A DNA stretch of 64,000 bases, taken from positions 67,843-131,842 of the forward strand of contig CAVOHV010000001.1 in assembly GCA_963695805.1 (NCBI GenBank), read 5' to 3'. A program made the position numbers and the translations under genes. How positions within the stretch are numbered: the stretch's first letter is position 1; every line of letters begins with the position of its first letter. This stretch comes from an uncultured Solirubrobacterales bacterium (GTDB lineage Bacteria; Actinomycetota; Thermoleophilia; Solirubrobacterales; 70-9). The notes below the pieces were generated by a model. That model was not told where the DNA came from. It did not search any database and saw only the letters and a program-made list of their open reading frames with translations. This document shows positions 1 through 9,082 of this stretch, piece after piece.

Positions 1-416
1 ACGATGACGAAGAGGCTGAGTCCTGCCGTGTCGGACGCATAGGCGGTGCCAATTGCGAAGCCCTCCGGGAGGCTGTGGACGAAGAGCACGAAGAAGACGA
101 GCACTGACAACCGGACGCCGGCCCCGCTCATCGTGCCGACATGGATATCGCGACCGCGCAGCGCGAGCCGGGCGATCGTCAGGAACGCAACTCCTATCCC
201 GAGGCCCACCGCCACTTCCGCCGTGGTGCCCTCGTCGGTCGCCGGCAGGAGCAGCCCCACGATCGACGCGACCGTCATGACGCCTGCGGCGAGCCCCCAG
301 AGCGCCGGCTCCCAGTTCGAGGCGCCCCGGCCGAGGTAGAAGACGGGGATCGCGCCAAGCCCCGTCGCCAACGCCGTCGCGGCGCCAAGGGCCACGACTG
401 TCAGCAGCTGGATCAT
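1..416 (-). CDS. ZIP (ZupT-like) divalent metal transporter, N-terminal part only (gene runs off the window start)
   Basis: Not in the ORF track because it has no stop inside the window. Manual reverse translation from ATG (complement of 414-416) gives MIQLLTVVALGAATALATGLGAIPVFYLGRG...VFFVLFVHSLPEGFAIGTAYASDTAGLSLFVI. It is multi-TM and HSLPEGFAIG is a typical ZIP/ZupT signature. Confidence 0.8.
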   Translation of the reverse strand, partial: MIQLLTVVALGAATALATGLGAIPVFYLGRGASNWEPALWGLAAGVMTVASIVGLLLPATDEGTTAEVAVGLGIGVAFLTIARLALRGRDIHVGTMSGAGVRLSVLVFFVLFVHSLPEGFAIGTAYASDTAGLSLFVI

Positions 417-524
417 CGGGTTAGTGTGGACGTCGTGGCGGCGCTCACCGAGTCGCCTCCCTGGAGCTGATCGAGAGGATGCTCCGCGCGGCCGGGGCCC
501 GAGCCGGGTAAATTGCGCCGCCGC

Positions 525-953
525 ATGTACCGCAACGTCGTAGTCGCCTATGACGGAAGCGAGACAGCGCACACAGCGCTCGCTCGCGCCGCCGAGATCG
601 CGCAGAGCGACGGCGCCTCCCTGACGCTGGTGGAGGCGGTAGCGGGCAAGGTGCCCTCGCCGGCGCCGGGCGGGCCGCCCCTTGCCAAGCCGGAGAAGCG
701 GGCGATGGTCCGGGAGGATCTCAGAAGGGCCATCCAGGAGGTCGATTCCGAGGTTCTGGCCGGCGGCTGGGTGATCGGGGGTCCGCCAGCCAAGGGGATC
801 CTTACGGTGGCTGACGACATTGGTGCCGACCTGATTGTCACCGGCTCGCGTGCCCGCGGCGCCGTCACGCGGACCGTGCTGGGCAGCGTCTCAACCGAGA
901 TCCTGCACGGCGCGCATTGCGACGTGCTCGTCGTGCATCCCTCCACGGGCTAG
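525..953 (+). CDS. universal stress protein (UspA family)
   Basis: ORF 513..953 with ATG at 525. VVVAYDGSE near the N-terminus and LIVTGSRARGAVTRTVLGSVSTEILHGAHCDVLVV at the C-terminus match the USP ATP-binding motif. Confidence 0.85.
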   Translation: MYRNVVVAYDGSETAHTALARAAEIAQSDGASLTLVEAVAGKVPSPAPGGPPLAKPEKRAMVREDLRRAIQEVDSEVLAGGWVIGGPPAKGILTVADDIGADLIVTGSRARGAVTRTVLGSVSTEILHGAHCDVLVVHPSTG

Positions 954-2284
954 GGCAGCGCTTGCCCGGCGAGCGGCGCCGAGACAGCCCCGTTCGGGGG
1001 CACCGCACACCGGGTCGCCACGTCTACTGGCGCGTCGCCCGCCGTCGGCGGGCGCTCCTGGCAGGAGGATCCGTCGCCGCCCTGCTTGCGGTCGTGGGCC
1101 CCGGGCTTCTCGCCGGGCTCTCCGACGACGACCCGGCGGGGATCACGACCTACTCCATCCTCGGCGCCGACCACGGCTACCAGTTGCTCTGGGTGCTGGC
1201 GCTCTCAACCGGGGCCCTGATCATCTTTCACGAGCTCGCCGTGCGCATGGGAGTGGTGACCGGGAAGGGACTGCTGGCCCTGGTCCGAGACCGGTACGGC
1301 GCCCGAGGGGCGGGGGTCGTCCTCGCCGCTCTCGTCGTCGCCAACACCGGAACACTCTGTGCCGAGTTTGCAGGTGTCGCCGCCGGAATGGACCTGCTCA
1401 CGGGGATGAGCCGCTACGTGAGCGTCCCGCTGGCAGCGACCGCTGTCTCCCTGCTCGTCCTCAGGGAGTCCTTCAAGCGGGTCGAGCACGTTCTGCTGCT
1501 GCTCAGCGCGATCTTCGTCACCTACATCGTCTCGGGCATCCTCGCCCACCCGGACTGGGGCGCGGCGGCGAAGGGGCTGGTGGTCCCGAGCATCGCTCTG
1601 AATCGGGACGCTGTCCTGGTCGCCGTGGCGACGGTGGGCACGACGCTCGCCCCATGGGGGCTTGCCTTCATCCAGTCCTATGCCGTCGACAAGAAGATCA
1701 GAGTCGAGGACCTGCGCTACGAACGCGTCGATGTCGTGGTCGGTGCCGTCCTCACCGGCGTGATCGGCTTCTTCATCGTGGTCGCCTGCGCCGCGACCCT
1801 CCATCCTCAGGGAATCTCGATCGATGATGCGCGCGACGCTGCGCGCGCCCTGGAGCCCCTCGCGGGAAGTCTGGCGGCGACGCTGTTCGGTCTCGGCTTC
1901 CTCGGCGCTGCACTGCTCGCCGCCGCGATCGTCCCGCTGTCGACGGCTTACTCGGTCTCAGAGGCCGTCGGAGAACCATGCGACATCAACGATTCCTTTC
2001 AGGAGGCTCGACTCTTCTACCTCTCGTATGGAGCTGTCGCTCTGGTCGCCGTCGCGGTCGTCCTCATCCCGGGGGCGCCACTGATCAAGATCCTCTTTTT
2101 GTCCCAGGCGCTGAACGCCGTTCTCCTGGTGGTGCTGCTGCCCTTCATGCGCTCTCTTGGTCAAGACGAGAGCCTGATGGGCGCGCATGCGCTTGGGCCG
2201 GCCGACCGGATCGCGACCGGCGTCGCGCTCGCCCTGATCGTTGCCTCGGTACTGGCCCTGGCCGGCCTGACGGTGGCCGGGTGA
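917..2284 (+). CDS. mntH: NRAMP-family divalent metal (Mn/Fe) transporter
   Basis: 455-aa multi-TM ORF. GPGLLAGLSDDDPAGITTYSILGADHGYQLLWVL resembles the NRAMP N-terminal signature region. Start is uncertain: TTG at 917 overlaps the USP 3' end, and there is no in-frame ATG or GTG just before the first TM. Confidence 0.8.
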   Translation: MRRARRASLHGLGQRLPGERRRDSPVRGHRTPGRHVYWRVARRRRALLAGGSVAALLAVVGPGLLAGLSDDDPAGITTYSILGADHGYQLLWVLALSTGALIIFHELAVRMGVVTGKGLLALVRDRYGARGAGVVLAALVVANTGTLCAEFAGVAAGMDLLTGMSRYVSVPLAATAVSLLVLRESFKRVEHVLLLLSAIFVTYIVSGILAHPDWGAAAKGLVVPSIALNRDAVLVAVATVGTTLAPWGLAFIQSYAVDKKIRVEDLRYERVDVVVGAVLTGVIGFFIVVACAATLHPQGISIDDARDAARALEPLAGSLAATLFGLGFLGAALLAAAIVPLSTAYSVSEAVGEPCDINDSFQEARLFYLSYGAVALVAVAVVLIPGAPLIKILFLSQALNAVLLVVLLPFMRSLGQDESLMGAHALGPADRIATGVALALIVASVLALAGLTVAG

Positions 2285-2359
2285 TGTCGACCGACGGGGA
2301 TTCGAACGATCGTGCGCGATAGCGTTGATACCGGCCGAGGAGAGCGAGACGAGGAAGGA

Positions 2360-3601
2360 ATGAACGACCAACCCCAGAGCAGCGGCAGTCGCGTGGTGAT
2401 TGTGGGCGGCGGGGTCGCAGGTCTTGAGGCGCTGCTCGCACTGCACGACCTGGCCGGTGAGCATGCCGAGCTCACCCTGGTCTCGCAGTCACCCGACTTC
2501 CTATACAAGCCCCTGTTGGTGGAGGAGCCGTTTGGCGTGGGGCCGGCGGAGTGGCACGAGCTCGCGCCGCTCGCGGAAGAGCAGGGAACCCGCTTCGTGG
2601 GCCAATCAGTCGGCGCTGTCAACACAGACGCGCATGTGGTCGAGCTCGACGACGGCTCCGAGCTCGAGTACGACCAGCTGGTCGTCTGTGCTGGGGGCCG
2701 CTACAAGCCGGCTTTCGATCAGGCGACCACCTTCCCCTCAGGCGGACGTGAGCCGTACCGGGCCGACGAAGTCCTGGATCGGGCGGCGGGGAAGGATCAT
2801 CGGATGGCCTTCGTCGTTCCGTACGGCGTCACCTGGTCGCTGCCGCTGTACGAGATCGCCCTGATGACACAGCGCCGGGCGGCCGATCGGAGGCTCGACG
2901 TCAAAATCGCGATAGTGACACCGGAATCCGCTCCCCTTGCCATATTCGGGCCAGCGGCCAGCGCGGCTGTCGGAGAGTTGCTCGACGCCCGTGGGATCGA
3001 CTTCTTCCCGAGCTCCACCGTGCGCGAGCTCGGCGATGCCGGAATCAAGCTCAGTCCCGGCAATCGGGCACTGGGCCCGGCCGAGGTGGTCGCCTTGCCG
3101 CTGATGGAGGGACCGGCGATCCACGGCCTGCCCGCTGATGACAAGGGCTTCATCCCGATCGACGATCACGCCCGAGTAAAAGGTGTCCATGACGTCTACG
3201 CGGCGGGCGACGGGACGACGTTCCCGATCAAGCAGGGCGGCCTCGCTACCCAGCAGGCCGATGCCGCCGCCGAGGATATCGCCCACCGCTTGGGCGCCGC
3301 TGTCGAGCCGGAGCCATTCCGGCCGGTGCTGCGCGGCAAGCTGTTGACTGGCGACGAGTCGGTCAACCTCCGCACCGATGTCGCGGGTGGGGGCGGCGAA
3401 GGCCAGGCCTCGCCGGACATACTCTGGTGGCCTCCGCACAAGATCAGCGCCCGGTACCTGGCGCCCTTCCTCGACCGCGGCGCGGTCCACGAGGAGCCGG
3501 AGCCGCCGCGTCGCTCCCTCGACGTGGAGGTCGCCTTTCCCAAAGAGTGGCACGAGGAGCCAATGGCCCTCGACCCCTACGAGCCGCCCAACGTCGAGTA
3601 A
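2360..3601 (+). CDS. FAD-dependent pyridine-nucleotide-disulfide oxidoreductase (sulfide:quinone reductase / NDH-2-like)
   Basis: ORF 2312..3601, with ATG at 2360 preceded by GAGGAAGGA. Rossmann motif VVIVGGGVAGLEALLAL, a second dinucleotide region, and YAAGDGT near the C-terminus. Confidence 0.7.
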   Translation: MNDQPQSSGSRVVIVGGGVAGLEALLALHDLAGEHAELTLVSQSPDFLYKPLLVEEPFGVGPAEWHELAPLAEEQGTRFVGQSVGAVNTDAHVVELDDGSELEYDQLVVCAGGRYKPAFDQATTFPSGGREPYRADEVLDRAAGKDHRMAFVVPYGVTWSLPLYEIALMTQRRAADRRLDVKIAIVTPESAPLAIFGPAASAAVGELLDARGIDFFPSSTVRELGDAGIKLSPGNRALGPAEVVALPLMEGPAIHGLPADDKGFIPIDDHARVKGVHDVYAAGDGTTFPIKQGGLATQQADAAAEDIAHRLGAAVEPEPFRPVLRGKLLTGDESVNLRTDVAGGGGEGQASPDILWWPPHKISARYLAPFLDRGAVHEEPEPPRRSLDVEVAFPKEWHEEPMALDPYEPPNVE

Positions 3602-3770
3602 GCCTTCACCGCCGTGATCAGTACGACCAATTCAGACGGCGAGGTCCCGCCGCTCGAACAGCCATCCTCCGATCACGGCGAGCAGGCCAGCCGCCACGAC
3701 GACGCCGAGAAACGACCACGGGTCGATGCCATCCTCGATGGCATTCCCGTAGTACCGGAAGATCGAGGCA

Positions 3771-4706
3771 TTAGGCCGAATCGGCTGCTGCAGCCGTGTA
3801 TACCTCGATGAAGCGGAGGTAGCTGTCGGCAATCTGCGACGCGGCATCCTCGCGGGAGAGGGAGCCTTCGATCCAGCCCTTCAGCGGATCGCCCCAGATC
3901 GACCGACCGATTGCGAAGCCGACGTAGCCTTCGACCGGGGCTCCCTGGCGAAGCCAATGATCGACCTTGTCGTTATCGGCACCGCGGCCAAGTACAACGC
4001 AGACGACGCCATCGCGGCCGCCCTCGCGGCATTGGGCAGCGATTCGCTCGCAGTCGGCACGCTCGTCGACGCCTTCAATCTTCCAGATGTCGGACTCGAT
4101 TCCGGCGTCCTGCAATTCACGGATCGCGCGGATCATCAGGTCGGGGCGCAGCTCGGCGTCGTAGCGATCGGAGTCACCATCCACCGAGGCGAGCTGGTTC
4201 TCCTCCGCCGGCACCAGCAACTCGAAGAGGAGCTTGCGATCGTGCTCGTGTAGCCAGTCCGAGAGGCGTCGCAGGCGCTCGGCCTGGCGCCGGTTCATCT
4301 CCGAGTCGCCATCGGGGTTGTAGCGGACGAGCACCTTCGAGAAGTTGGGGTCGTAGCGCTCGATGTGGGCGCCGAAGTCGTCGCCGTACTCGAAGTCAAA
4401 CTCCTTCTGGCCGCTCTTCTCCACCGGCATCGCGAGCTTGATGCCGCGGGCCTTGGCCTGCTGGGGCACCTCGGTCGGGCCCCCGAACCGCTCGTCCACG
4501 AGCGCCCCGGTTGCCGACGGGTCGGCGCCGCGCGCGAGCGCCGTTTCGATGCCCTCGAAGATCAGATGCTTGCCCTCCGCGAAGCGCTGGTTGTCCTCGG
4601 CGGTGGGATCGCCGTCGACACCGAACCGCCTCGTGAATGATCCGCGGTGATCGAACGCGAGGATGTAGAGGCTGCCGCTGTAGCCAAGGTCCATGAGCTC
4701 AGGCAA
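3771..4706 (-). CDS. DUF2090-type aldolase-like TIM-barrel protein (stand-alone form of the domain often fused to IolC-type kinases)
   Basis: 311-aa ORF. LYILAFDHRGSF...ALVDERFG...KLAMPVEKSGQKEF matches my recollection of the DUF2090 / 5-dehydro-2-deoxyphosphogluconate aldolase-like family. Not verified by search. Confidence 0.6.
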   Translation of the reverse strand: MPELMDLGYSGSLYILAFDHRGSFTRRFGVDGDPTAEDNQRFAEGKHLIFEGIETALARGADPSATGALVDERFGGPTEVPQQAKARGIKLAMPVEKSGQKEFDFEYGDDFGAHIERYDPNFSKVLVRYNPDGDSEMNRRQAERLRRLSDWLHEHDRKLLFELLVPAEENQLASVDGDSDRYDAELRPDLMIRAIRELQDAGIESDIWKIEGVDERADCERIAAQCREGGRDGVVCVVLGRGADNDKVDHWLRQGAPVEGYVGFAIGRSIWGDPLKGWIEGSLSREDAASQIADSYLRFIEVYTAAAADSA

Positions 4707-5112
4707 ACCGTTTCGTTCGGATTGCTACTACGGACCCTGGATTGTCCAGCATCCGCCGGGCTCGCACTGCGCGCTCGATCGCCGGTCAAGCGGTGCGCTC
4801 CGAGCGCCGCGTAGTGGAAAGGATCCCGATTTCGCCATCGTGGCAGCGGACGATGGCATGCCGATGCCGCTGGAAGGGCCGGTCGACCACCCGGACCGGC
4901 GAAGCCGATCCTTTCATGCGAAGTGCCGTTTCTCGTCCGAAGCGAAGCCTTCTGAAACACCGCACTTAGGCGACGCAACCGAACCTCCTAGGTGGAAAAC
5001 CCCTAAACAGATCCAGTGGTACTCGCCGATGCCTGGAGTCTCGGCGAAGCGGAAGGTAGGACGGAGTCGATGAGGATGGCGCCGATGCACGGCGCGGGCC
5101 CACCCGAAGGCG

Positions 5113-5715
5113 ATGGAGACCGAAATGAACCCGCGAGAGACGGACAGACCGGAGCGGCGGAGGGAAGGCGATCGTAGGTTCTTCGTCCGGCTGTTCGGCT
5201 TCCTTGCCGGCCTCTTGATGCTGGGCCTGATCGCCATCGCCTACGTGATCGGCTTCAGCAACGGCAAGGACGAGGGGCGCAAGGTGCAGCCGGCCGCTGC
5301 GCAGGTCTCAACCACCGAGACTCAGGCCGCTCAGCCGCCCTCAACCACCTCCGCGAGCGCCTCCGATGGCAAGGCGCTTCAGATCACGATGAGCGACGAC
5401 TTCTTCACTCCTAAGGATGCGAGCGCCAAGGCTGGGTCGGTGACGATCAGCACCCCCAACACAGGGCAGCTTGTACATGAGATGGTGCTGGCGAAGACGG
5501 AAGCCGACCCCTCCAAGCTGCCGACCACCCCAGACGGAAGCGTCGATGAGGCGAAGCTCGAGTCTGCCGGACAGGACGCGGGAGAGATTGCCGACGTGGC
5601 GCCCGGAGGAACGAAGAAAGGGACATTCAAGCTCGCGCCTGGCAGGTACGTGATGTTCTGCAACGTCCCCGGCCACTACGCGGCGGGCATGTACGGAACG
5701 ATCACCGCCAAATAG
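5113..5715 (+). CDS. membrane-anchored type-1 (blue) copper protein, cupredoxin fold
   Basis: N-terminal TM (FFVRLFGFLAGLLMLGLIAIAYVIGF), a Thr/Ser/Ala linker, then candidate Cu ligands H (LVHEMVL) and C-x4-H-x4-M (FCNVPGHYAAGMYG). Confidence 0.75.
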   Translation: METEMNPRETDRPERRREGDRRFFVRLFGFLAGLLMLGLIAIAYVIGFSNGKDEGRKVQPAAAQVSTTETQAAQPPSTTSASASDGKALQITMSDDFFTPKDASAKAGSVTISTPNTGQLVHEMVLAKTEADPSKLPTTPDGSVDEAKLESAGQDAGEIADVAPGGTKKGTFKLAPGRYVMFCNVPGHYAAGMYGTITAK

Positions 5716-5771
5716 GGCGGGCCATCATCCGCGACGGGTACTGCTCCCGGAGGATTGTGGCGACCGCCTTG

Positions 5772-5800
5772 GTGCCGCTTTCCATGCAAAGCGGCACTTT
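5772..5800 (+). terminator. intrinsic-terminator-like hairpin downstream of the cupredoxin gene
   Basis: Perfect 10-bp stem GTGCCGCTTT / AAAGCGGCAC (5772-5781 and 5788-5797), 6-nt loop, followed by TTT. Confidence 0.6.
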
Positions 5801-5991
5801 CGAAATGGCACCTCAGCTGAGGGGGGGCCGGGTCTGATGCCCTATGTGCTCCAACGAGATGCGAGAGGGAGGAGCACTGGTGGGCAACAAAAGGGCAACA
5901 GACGGGACGGAGTCCAGCCGAACCCAGACGAACTCGAGTCCCGATATAGAGCCGAATCCTGAGCCCAGACGAGCTCCGCCGAACTCCCCCT

Positions 5992-6038
5992 GCGGTCTAC
6001 GAAACCGAACGTCACAGGTTCGAATCCTGTCGGGCGCG
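5992..6038 (+). pseudogene. 3' half of a tRNA-Arg(ACG) with no matching 5' half
   Basis: Anticodon arm GCGGT-CTACGAA-ACCGA (anticodon ACG), variable loop ACGTC, T arm ACAGG-TTCGAAT-CCTGT, acceptor 3' strand CGGGCGC plus discriminator G. The 30 nt upstream cannot form a D arm or a complementary acceptor 5' strand (the requirement is G-Y-G-Y-Y-Y-G). Confidence 0.6.
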
Positions 6039-6121
6039 CTATCTCGGATCGCTTTTGCGTCGCGGTGGACTGCGAGTAAGAGCAGGGGGCGCGTGCGCCC
6101 CGGGCGTGGGACGATCACACC

Positions 6122-7645
6122 GTGACGGCAGCGCCGGATTCTGCCCGCCCCCCGGATTTCACTGCCCGCGGCGCCGAGGGCACTCTGGCCGAGTTGGATG
6201 CGATCGGGTCCGCGGAGCGGGTCCACACGGGTACGTGCACACCGCGGGAGCTAGTCGCCGCGGCGATCGCGCGCATCGAGGCGGCGAACCCGCGCCTGAA
6301 CGCCGTCGTGCACGAACGCTTCGAGCGAGCGCTGGCAGAGGCTGACGCGGTCGACATGTCGGCGCCGTTCGCCGGAGTTCCCTTCCTCTACAAAGACATC
6401 GGCGCCTTCGAGGCGGGTGAGCGCGTGACCCTAGGGATGCGGCTGCTGCGCAACCGCGAAATGCTGGCCCCCTTCGGCAGCAACTACGCCGACCGGATCA
6501 GAGCGGCGGGGTTCATCCCGCTCGGGCGGACCAACACGCCCGAGCTCGGTCTTTGCGCGACGACCGAGCCGCAGGCCTTCGGAGCAACGCACAATCCGTG
6601 GGATCCGAGCCGCACGCCGGGCGGCTCGAGCGGCGGCTCCGCGGCCGCCGTCGCCGGCGGCCTCGTCCCGGTCGCCCACGGCAACGACGGCGGTGGCTCC
6701 ATCCGGATCCCGGCGGCCGCCTGCGGGCTGGTCGGACTGAAGCCATCGCGAGGACGCATCTCCTGGGGCCCCGTCCTCTGGGAGACTGACGCCGGCCTCG
6801 CGGTCGAGGGGGTGCTGACGCGAACCGTGCGTGACAGCGCGGCCCTCCTCGATGTGCTGGCTGGGACCTTCCCGGGTGATCCGTACGCGGCGCCCGCGCC
6901 GGGGCGTGCCTGGCGCGAGGAGGTCGGCGCCGACCCTGGGAGGCTTCGTATCGGCATCCTCGAGCAGGGCCCCGCCGACGCCTGGCGGACCGACCCCGCG
7001 TGCGCAGACGCGGTCTGGCGCTGCGCGGCGACCTTGGAGGAGCTCGGGCACGCGATCGAAGATTCCGCTCCCCAGGCGATCAGCGACGGGTTCTTTGCCG
7101 CCGGCTGGCTCGATTGGTGGGCGGTCACGGCAGCCGCCGCCACGATCGCGACGATCGAGGGTGTGGTCGGGTCCCCAATCCGAGATGGCGACGTGGAGCC
7201 CATGACCTGGGCGCTCGCAGAGCGCGGGCGGGCGACCTCGGCGGTCGAGTTCATTCAGCGGCGCGACGAGCTTGGCACCCTGGCCCGGTTCGCCGCCACC
7301 TGGTGGGGCGAGGGATTCGATCTGCTGCTGACCCCGACCGTCCAGGCCCCGGCGCCGGCCCTCGGTGTGCTCATGGAGGGTGACCCGGCGACCCTGCTCC
7401 AGCGACAGCTGCGCTGGTGCCCGCTCACCCCATTCGCCAACGTCAGCGGACAGCCGGCGATCTCGGTGCCGGTCGACTCCGGCACGGACGCGTTGCCCGT
7501 CGGCGTGCAGCTGATCGCCGGGCTCGGACGGGAGGACGTGCTGATGCGCGTCGCGGCGCAGCTCGAGCGAGCGATGCCCTGGCGAGGGGTGGCGCCGGCT
7601 TTCGCTTACGACAAGCTCCCGACGCCCGATCCCCACATACGGTGA
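6122..7645 (+). CDS. amidase (amidase-signature family)
   Basis: 507-aa ORF with the AS-family Gly/Ser-rich block GGSSGGSAAAVAGGLVPVAHGNDGGGSIRIPAAACGLVGLKPSRGR. Confidence 0.85.
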   Translation: MTAAPDSARPPDFTARGAEGTLAELDAIGSAERVHTGTCTPRELVAAAIARIEAANPRLNAVVHERFERALAEADAVDMSAPFAGVPFLYKDIGAFEAGERVTLGMRLLRNREMLAPFGSNYADRIRAAGFIPLGRTNTPELGLCATTEPQAFGATHNPWDPSRTPGGSSGGSAAAVAGGLVPVAHGNDGGGSIRIPAAACGLVGLKPSRGRISWGPVLWETDAGLAVEGVLTRTVRDSAALLDVLAGTFPGDPYAAPAPGRAWREEVGADPGRLRIGILEQGPADAWRTDPACADAVWRCAATLEELGHAIEDSAPQAISDGFFAAGWLDWWAVTAAAATIATIEGVVGSPIRDGDVEPMTWALAERGRATSAVEFIQRRDELGTLARFAATWWGEGFDLLLTPTVQAPAPALGVLMEGDPATLLQRQLRWCPLTPFANVSGQPAISVPVDSGTDALPVGVQLIAGLGREDVLMRVAAQLERAMPWRGVAPAFAYDKLPTPDPHIR

Positions 7646-7840
7646 AGGCCATCACACAGATCACAGGCGTGCGAGGACGCGCTAGTGGAACGCGTTCCTC
7701 GACCCCCTGACTGCGGCTCGTACCCCGCCGTACTCGGCGAGCCACAGCGAGGGCGGCGAATCGGGCAGGTCCCGCATCTTCGACTCCTGGCGATAGCGTA
7801 GTCAGCAGACCGCAGTCCCGGTACCGGGAAGGAGACCGAG

Positions 7841-9082
7841 ATGGAAGCCACGCGGAATGCCGGACCCATTCCCGGCATCCAGCCGTACGCGACCCGGGAG
7901 GATGCAATTGCGGCGTTCGCCGCCCACGTCAACCGCGGCAAGGCGAACGCTCTGCGTGCGATGGGCGTCGACATCGTCGTCGGTGAGCGCGAGGGAGCGC
8001 GGTTTCGCGACGCCTACAGTGGGCGCTGGTACTGGAACTGCCACTGCAACGGCGGCGTGTTCAACCTGGGACACCGGTATCCGGCGGCAGTCCGGGCGCT
8101 TCGCGACGCGCTGGAGCACCTCGACGTAGGCAACCACCACCTGATCAGCGGCTGGCGCGCCCGTCTCGGCGCGCAGCTGGCGGAGAGCACGGAGGGGGCG
8201 CTGCCTTATGCGATCCTCGCGCCCTCGGGCTCGGAGGCGGTGGATCTCGCGGTGCGCCTGGCGCGGGCCCACACTCGGCGCGAGGGGATCGTCGCGGCGC
8301 TCGGCGCCTACCACGGCCTGGCTGGATTCGGCTGGGCTGCCAGCGATCCGCGCTGGCTGGAGCCGTTTGGCTTTGGCCCTCCGGGCTTCGTCCACGTCCC
8401 ATTCAACGACCACGCTGCTCTACGGGAGGTCGTCGACCAGCGGACGGCCGCGGTCATCCTCGAGGCGATCCCCGCGACGCTTGGCTTCCCGCCACCCGAG
8501 CGCGGCTACTTCGAGGCGGTCGCGGCGACCGCCCGGAAACAGGGAGCCCTGCTGATCATCGACGAAGTCCAGACGGGACTGGGCCGAACAGGGACCCCGT
8601 GGTACTTCCAGCAGGAAGGAGTAGTGCCGGACATCCTGATCACCGGCAAGGGGCTCGGGGGTGGCGTCTACCCGGTCAGCGCCGCGATGGTGAGCGCAGA
8701 GGTGGAGTCGTTCTTCGACGATCACCCATTCGCTTACGTTTCGACCTTCGGGGGAGCCGAGCTCGGGTGCACGGTGGCGAGTGCTGTGCTTGATGAGGTC
8801 ATGCGGCCCGACTTCCTCGCCAGGGTCAGCGAGTTGGGGGAGCGATTTGAGAGCGGCCTTCGCGGCCTTCCGTTGCAGCTCCGCCGGCGCGGCCTGACGA
8901 TGGGACTCGAGTTCGATGGCGAGGAGGGCGGCGTGATCGCCGCAAAGCGGCTGATCGACGCCGGGGTGTTCGCCGTCTTCGCCGAGCATGACCACTCGGT
9001 CACCCAGTTCAAGCCTCCCCTGATCCTCACGGACGCCGAGGCGGACAAGGTCATCCAAACGGTCGGCGAGGCGCTCGCTTGA
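7841..9082 (+). CDS. class-III PLP-dependent aminotransferase-fold enzyme
   Basis: 413-aa ORF with SD GGAAGGAG upstream. LIIDEVQTGLGRTG and DILITGKGLGGGVYPVSA (PLP-lysine motif) are typical of the acetylornithine/omega-aminotransferase class. Confidence 0.85.
   Translation: MEATRNAGPIPGIQPYATREDAIAAFAAHVNRGKANALRAMGVDIVVGEREGARFRDAYSGRWYWNCHCNGGVFNLGHRYPAAVRALRDALEHLDVGNHHLISGWRARLGAQLAESTEGALPYAILAPSGSEAVDLAVRLARAHTRREGIVAALGAYHGLAGFGWAASDPRWLEPFGFGPPGFVHVPFNDHAALREVVDQRTAAVILEAIPATLGFPPPERGYFEAVAATARKQGALLIIDEVQTGLGRTGTPWYFQQEGVVPDILITGKGLGGGVYPVSAAMVSAEVESFFDDHPFAYVSTFGGAELGCTVASAVLDEVMRPDFLARVSELGERFESGLRGLPLQLRRRGLTMGLEFDGEEGGVIAAKRLIDAGVFAVFAEHDHSVTQFKPPLILTDAEADKVIQTVGEALA

Noticed and set aside
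3632-3847. 71-aa minus-strand ORF whose C-terminal 40 residues look like a genuine TM tail (DPWSFLGVVVAAGLLAVIGGWLF)
   Set aside because: No ATG or GTG start exists downstream of the DUF2090 gene stop, and the only starts lie inside that gene in another phase. It could be a gene-fragment relic but cannot be supported as a CDS.
4707-5112. 406-nt divergent intergenic region examined for a riboswitch or sRNA
   Set aside because: I could not recognise any conserved riboswitch core (SAM, TPP, B12, Mn, c-di-AMP/GMP) or a convincing structure by eye. A covariance-model scan would be needed.
5813-6040. Possible tmRNA (ssrA), because of the G-run at 5821 and the tRNA-like 3' end
   Set aside because: The 3' acceptor strand (CGGGCGC-G) cannot pair with a GGGG-type 5' end. 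There is no ...TCCACCA-type terminus, and no tag-like reading frame ending in hydrophobic residues plus a stop. It is better explained as a tRNA-Arg 3' half.
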